From a virus, in IMG/VR virus record IMGVR_UViG_3300014202_000133, positions 1 through 44,919 of that record: DNA of 44,919 nt. One strand, written 5' to 3'. Positions 40,831 to 44,919 of this stretch are shown here, one piece after another. The first letter of the stretch is position 1. Each line of letters begins with the position of its first letter. Below the pieces are notes generated by a model. It saw only the letters and a list, made by a program, of their open reading frames with translations, did not search any database and had not been told where the DNA came from. Position numbers and translations under genes: made by a program.

Positions 40831-42467
40831 AAAGTAACCTTCGACGTCAACGTTGTCTTCTTTGCTATGGTATCCGATAGTTTGGCGGTACGGGCGTGTT
40901 TTTTGGCAATCGTCGCCAGCTTGACAACTGCAACCACGAAAACGCCTATCGTTATTGGTGGAAGAGATAGGGCACTAAAAGAATCGTCCCCGATTTCCGT
41001 AAGCGTCATTTGCCCGGCAATACGCACGGACCCTGCGGCTAAAACAGAGTCGTTAGACTCACTTACGGCAATCGTGCCTCTTACTGCAACTTTTCCGCCA
41101 ATTGAAACGGTGTCGGGGCTATCGGTTGCGCTCATACCTCCACGCACCGTAACCTTACCCGCAAAAATGGCGGTATCGACGCCACTTTCAGACCGTAAGA
41201 GGGTGCCTTTTACCAAGACCTTACCGGCCACAGTTGCCGTATCGGCGCCTGTTTCAACCCCTACCAAATTTCCGGTTGACGTACTGCCGACCGTTGCGCT
41301 GAACGTATCGACGCCGCTTTCAGAACGTGAGAGGGTGCCTTTTACCAAGACCTTACCGGCCACGGTTGCCGTATCGGCGCCCGTTTCGCTGGTTGCAACG
41401 GTGCCTTTTACAATAATTTTGCCAACGGCGGCGGCGGTGTCGCTTCCGCTTTCAGACCGCGAGAGGGTGCCTTTTACCAAGACCTTGCCGGACAAGGCCG
41501 CAACGTCAAAGCCACTTTCACTTGCCGAAATTGAACCTTTTACAAAAACGTCGCCCGATGCTGCAGCGGTGTCGACGCCCACTTCGGTTACTGAAAGCGT
41601 GCCATGGATTCCGGATGCGCTTACCGTTCCGGATGCCGTGGCGGTGTCGACGCCCACTTCGGTTACTGAAAGCGTGCCGCTAATCAGTATTTCACCAACC
41701 AGGGTCGCAACGTCAAAGCCACTTTCACTTGCCGAAATTGAACCTTCGACAAATACTTCGCCGGATGCCGTGGCGGTGTCGACGCCCACTTCGGTTACTG
41801 AAAGCGTGCCGATTATCGGGGCAACCGACGTATCAAATTCCGCGGCTATTGCACCGTAAGCCGTGCCCGACGTGCTACCCCAAACAACACTGGCCGAAAC
41901 AATGCCTGAATTTACCGACGCGACTTCCTGGCCTGTCGTTGGCGCACTGTAGCCGGTCGAGTCGAAGAGTTCCGCCCAGCCGGTCGGGGGCGTAATGGTG
42001 GCGGGACTTGAGCCATTGCCAACAAATCCGATAAGCGGGTCGCCGGTAAGCGAAACGCCCCCAAGCGTTACGGTAGGTATACCGGACGCCGCCCCGTTAC
42101 TTTGTACCCCGCTTTGACGTACCGCCGACGCCCCCGTGCGGGTCATTCCGGAAATACTTACAACGGACACTATGGCGCCGGTTGCCGAATCCCCCGTGCA
42201 ACCAAACGTGCATGTTTGGCTTACGGCTGTCGCAAGCTGATTTGCGACAAACAAATACAGTGTGTCGGCGCTACTTCCCTTAAGTGCCGACGCCACCTTG
42301 GTAAAAGTGACCCCCGCGCTGTTCGTTAAGGAACCTGCAGCAAGCGTGCCCGTTGCCGTTACCAGCGCGACCAGCAAGTCCCCCGCGGCCGGCGTAAAAC
42401 TTCCGGTCGCGTAGGACGACGTATTACTGGTCGACGGGGTAGTTACCTGATGGGTAACGGTTGCCAC
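40827..42467 (-). CDS. Repeat-containing fibre-like protein: N-terminal globular domain of about 215 aa, about 13 tandem 22-aa repeats, and a hydrophobic/basic C-terminus
   Basis: GTG start at 42467 (no ATG available) after TAAGG. Repeats such as GTLSVTEVGVDTATASGEVFVE, GSISASESGFDVATLVGEILIS, GTLSRSESGSDTAAAVGKIIVK. C-terminus ITIGVFVVAVVKLATIAKKHARTAKL. Confidence 0.72.
   Translation of the reverse strand: MATVTHQVTTPSTSNTSSYATGSFTPAAGDLLVALVTATGTLAAGSLTNSAGVTFTKVASALKGSSADTLYLFVANQLATAVSQTCTFGCTGDSATGAIVSVVSISGMTRTGASAVRQSGVQSNGAASGIPTVTLGGVSLTGDPLIGFVGNGSSPATITPPTGWAELFDSTGYSAPTTGQEVASVNSGIVSASVVWGSTSGTAYGAIAAEFDTSVAPIIGTLSVTEVGVDTATASGEVFVEGSISASESGFDVATLVGEILISGTLSVTEVGVDTATASGTVSASGIHGTLSVTEVGVDTAAASGDVFVKGSISASESGFDVAALSGKVLVKGTLSRSESGSDTAAAVGKIIVKGTVATSETGADTATVAGKVLVKGTLSRSESGVDTFSATVGSTSTGNLVGVETGADTATVAGKVLVKGTLLRSESGVDTAIFAGKVTVRGGMSATDSPDTVSIGGKVAVRGTIAVSESNDSVLAAGSVRIAGQMTLTEIGDDSFSALSLPPITIGVFVVAVVKLATIAKKHARTAKLSDTIAKKTTLTSKVTL
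40970..41811 (-). repeat. Coding tandem repeat region (66-nt period) with exact 38-51-nt duplicates
   Basis: gcggtgtcgacgcccacttcggttactgaaagcgtgcc occurs at 41566-41603, 41641-41678 and 41773-41810. Copies 2 and 3 share 51 nt (41629-41679 / 41761-41811). Confidence 0.85.
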
Positions 42468-42476
42468 GATTCGACC

Positions 42477-42848
42477 TTAGGCGTGCGTAATTGACGCGCT
42501 GTTAATGGTGACAGTTTGGCCGGCGGTAATGTTGGTGCTGTCAAGAACAATGTCGGTTCCCGAAGTGCCCACGGTCAAACCGGTAACAATGTCAGTTCCG
42601 CCGGAACCTGTGCGAATACGGGCCACCGCCGCCGTGCCGGAGTTGTCCGCCGCCGTATCACTTGCCGGCATGGTGAAGGTCAACACGCCGCCGGAAGCGC
42701 CGGGGGCGGCCGGGTTGGCAAGCGGAATAGTTGCCAAAATTGACGCCATGCCGGCCGTGCCAATTTCAAGGACGCCGGTCGCGCCAATGGCCGTCGTAAC
42801 GGCGTTAAGGCGGGCATTCTTTACCGCCGTGGTATACGTGACGCTCAT
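42477..42848 (-). CDS. Hypothetical head-module protein (123 aa)
   Basis: ATG at 42848. Gly/Thr/Ala-rich beta-type sequence. No motif recognised. Confidence 0.6.
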   Translation of the reverse strand: MSVTYTTAVKNARLNAVTTAIGATGVLEIGTAGMASILATIPLANPAAPGASGGVLTFTMPASDTAADNSGTAAVARIRTGSGGTDIVTGLTVGTSGTDIVLDSTNITAGQTVTINSASITHA

Positions 42849-42863
42849 GCTAAATACTCCTTA

Positions 42864-43658
42864 TTAAATGGGTAAGACGGCCCGACTTGTGCATCGGCAA
42901 TTTATTTCCTCTCCGGGCTGGATATGCTCCCCGGAAATTAGGCAACCTTCCGCGATTTTATACCTTTTCCCGTTCGCTGCCACATGGTCCGGGCGCGGAT
43001 TCTTCCCGGCGTGGCTGTGCATCCAAACGGCTTCCGTAATCCCAAGTTCCATTTGCCTGGCCCGGTTGACGACGGCGTTCGCCTTGTTCGATTGGTCCCG
43101 CGCTATCAATTCCGCCCGGTGACTGGCCGCCGGGTAAAGTTGCTTTAATTCCTTCACCATGGATTCAAGGTCGCGCCCGGCGCTGTATGAGCGCATAACG
43201 CTACCCTCTACCTGTTGCAAATATTTTTCAGGAATGGACCGGATAAGGCCGACGTTTTCCTCAAGTGACGCATTGAAGGCGTCGCGCACGGCGGGCGTCA
43301 TCTTGAATTCAACCGTCCACCCGGCTTCCTTGAGCGCCTGGCGCATTGCGCTGTCGGTGGTCTTGAACATGCCTTGCAAATAGGCGTCGGCAATCTTGGG
43401 CGCCCATTCGTCAAAGCGGGCAATCCAGCGCCGGGCCAGTTCGTCCAATACCTTTTTCATTTTGGCGCTGGGTGCCGCGTCTTGCGCTTGTTCGACCAGC
43501 ACCAGCATGCGGGGCGGGTCTTTGCGATAGGCGGCCGTAAGCCAGTATTCGACCGACCCGTGCATTTCGGCAATCATGCGCTGCAGGGCCTTCCGGTACT
43601 TGGCTTCGACGCCGCGGTTCGCATGGACCGCCCGGGCGGTTTTAGGCTCCCGGGGCAT
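42864..43658 (-). CDS. Phage Mu F-like / SPP1 gp7-like minor head (head morphogenesis) protein
   Basis: C-terminal WMHSHAGKNPRPDHVAANGKRYKI...GEEINCRCT is the Mu F domain signature. Directly follows the portal gene. Confidence 0.8.
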   Translation of the reverse strand: MPREPKTARAVHANRGVEAKYRKALQRMIAEMHGSVEYWLTAAYRKDPPRMLVLVEQAQDAAPSAKMKKVLDELARRWIARFDEWAPKIADAYLQGMFKTTDSAMRQALKEAGWTVEFKMTPAVRDAFNASLEENVGLIRSIPEKYLQQVEGSVMRSYSAGRDLESMVKELKQLYPAASHRAELIARDQSNKANAVVNRARQMELGITEAVWMHSHAGKNPRPDHVAANGKRYKIAEGCLISGEHIQPGEEINCRCTSRAVLPI

Positions 43659-44919
43659 TGCTCAAACCTTCGGCCGGGTCAGTCTCGCCGGGGGCGGGCT
43701 CCGGATTCGGCGGGACCAGTTCGACGGTCGTGTCCAATCCCATATAGCAGCTGTTCGGGTCTTTCGCCAGGCGGTCCCGCACTTCGCTGGGGTCGATGAT
43801 GCCGGCGGCCACATAGGCGCAATCCGTTACGCCGTCCTTTGCCCTAATTTCCGATTCTTCGGCCGGGGTCATTTGATAGAGCGGGACGAAGGTGAAGCTG
43901 ATATCCGGGTCGATTTCCCCGAATAGCGAAAGCTGCACCGTCTTCAAAATTACTTCCAGCGGTTCGCGCCAAAAAGCTTCCTGTTGCGCGGCAATCCAGT
44001 CGTAAAAAATCCGAATCTCGCCGTCGCTGGAAGCGTTCAAGCCGCTGGGGCTGATACCCGTCAGGACAATGGCCGGCATGCGTGACACGCTGCACATGTG
44101 CTCCTGACTTTGCGCCTGCAATTCGTGAAGCCCCGACAACGGGGTGTTAACCTGCACCAACTCTTCCCGCTCTTTGTCCAGCAGCATCAAGCCGCGATTG
44201 CTTCGCGTGGCCGTGAAAAGGTCAGCCCGTGCGAAAAGGTCCGTGCCGTCATCGTCACCCTGCAGCACTTGGTCCATTGCCGTGGCAAGTACCGTAATGC
44301 TGAAATTGTTGATAAGGTCCGCAACGCTTTGACGGGTGCGGAGCCAGTTGTCGACGTAGGGTTCCGCAAGCTGGGAAAGGGACATGCCCGCGAAGTTAAA
44401 GGCGGGTTTGAGAATGTCCGGGAGCGGCCGGGTTACGACCGTCATCAAGCGGGAAGCATGGACCTCTTGCCCCAGCATGAACCATTTGGACGGCTTGTAA
44501 AAATCCGGGGCCGCTGGGTCCAAGGCGTTGTAACCGGCGGGCGTGGTCCAAATGGCTTCCACAGGGACGACCCGCGTTAGGCTCCCTTGCTTAACCGTGC
44601 GGGGGTCCAAAATTAACGGGGTGCCGCGGTCGGCGCCGTCAATCTCAATGAAGATTTGAGCCCGGCCAAAGTAGCAATCATTTTCCGCCGCACGTTGTAG
44701 CACCCCGCGCACATTCAGGCGCTTGAATTCGTCTTCAATCGCTTTGATTTTGTCCGCGGTGTCCGTGTCGTCGTCTTGCTTGCTGGTGAATTCCAACCAT
44801 TCGCGGGTAAGTTCGGTCGACATGGTGGAAGCGAACGCCCGATATTCCGCACGGGTCGCAAGCTGCGAAAGGTACGAAAAGCCAGGGAAGCCGCCGCCGG
44901 GGTACACGTCTTGCGCGAA
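43642..44919 (-). CDS. Portal protein, main part (runs off the 3' edge and continues at 1..325 via the circular junction)
   Basis: About 503 aa in total. Lies between terL and the Mu F-like gene. The track start at 44907 is an internal GTG, not the real start. Confidence 0.8.
   Translation of the reverse strand, partial: FAQDVYPGGGFPGFSYLSQLATRAEYRAFASTMSTELTREWLEFTSKQDDDTDTADKIKAIEDEFKRLNVRGVLQRAAENDCYFGRAQIFIEIDGADRGTPLILDPRTVKQGSLTRVVPVEAIWTTPAGYNALDPAAPDFYKPSKWFMLGQEVHASRLMTVVTRPLPDILKPAFNFAGMSLSQLAEPYVDNWLRTRQSVADLINNFSITVLATAMDQVLQGDDDGTDLFARADLFTATRSNRGLMLLDKEREELVQVNTPLSGLHELQAQSQEHMCSVSRMPAIVLTGISPSGLNASSDGEIRIFYDWIAAQQEAFWREPLEVILKTVQLSLFGEIDPDISFTFVPLYQMTPAEESEIRAKDGVTDCAYVAAGIIDPSEVRDRLAKDPNSCYMGLDTTVELVPPNPEPAPGETDPAEGLSNAPGA
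44829..44919. repeat. Terminal direct repeat, copy 2 of 2 (identical to 1..91)
   Basis: Same 91-nt string as nt 1-91. Confidence 0.9.

Overview
The window is a complete, GC-rich tailed dsDNA phage genome. GC is roughly 60-65% in hand-counted 60-nt samples. The first 91 nt are identical to the last 91 nt, so the sequence closes into a circle of about 44,828 bp. This is either an assembly overlap or a circularly permuted genome. The portal ORF reads in frame across that junction.

Coding is almost gap-free and falls into three strand blocks.

(1) A leftward late operon of about 27 kb starts at terS (2526). It runs through terL, wraps the junction into the portal gene, and continues with: a Mu-F-like head protein; a 3-gene accessory insertion that includes a 22-aa-repeat fibre-like protein; scaffold; decoration protein; major capsid; connector proteins; contractile-tail sheath and tube; a tail chaperone with a -1 frameshift; a tape measure with a lysozyme domain; baseplate; tail fibre; and a lysis cassette with endolysin, holin and embedded Rz/Rz1, ending at 20293.

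(2) A leftward early operon runs 11915 -> 4286. It encodes an SNF2 helicase, a DNA methyltransferase, a DEAD-box helicase, a VRR-NUC nuclease, a small HTH protein and a primase-polymerase/SF3 helicase.

(3) A rightward early operon runs 12006 -> 20369. It encodes a Pro/Ala-rich protein, a Cas4-like DUF2800 nuclease, a gp2.5-like SSB, MazG, dCMP deaminase, a family-B DNA polymerase, and seven short translationally coupled ORFs.

The only real accessory gap is 2527-4299. It holds an AT-rich control region with iterated motifs, an orphan zinc-ribbon gene, and a promoter-equipped, almost idealised pentapeptide-repeat protein. That protein is my top candidate for a new host-directed (DNA-mimic or anti-defence) function.

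Other signals:
- a sharply low-GC SNF2+methylase cassette
- two free-standing homing endonucleases (GIY-YIG and endonuclease-VII/HNH) in the late operon
- a compositional mosaic junction inside the tail-fibre gene
- a U UUU UUG slippery site in the tail chaperone
- UUCG-tetraloop terminators
- an anti-SD hairpin upstream of the chaperone gene

I recognised no integrase, CI-like repressor, tRNA, CRISPR array or reverse transcriptase. All family assignments come from motifs I recognise by eye. No database search was run.
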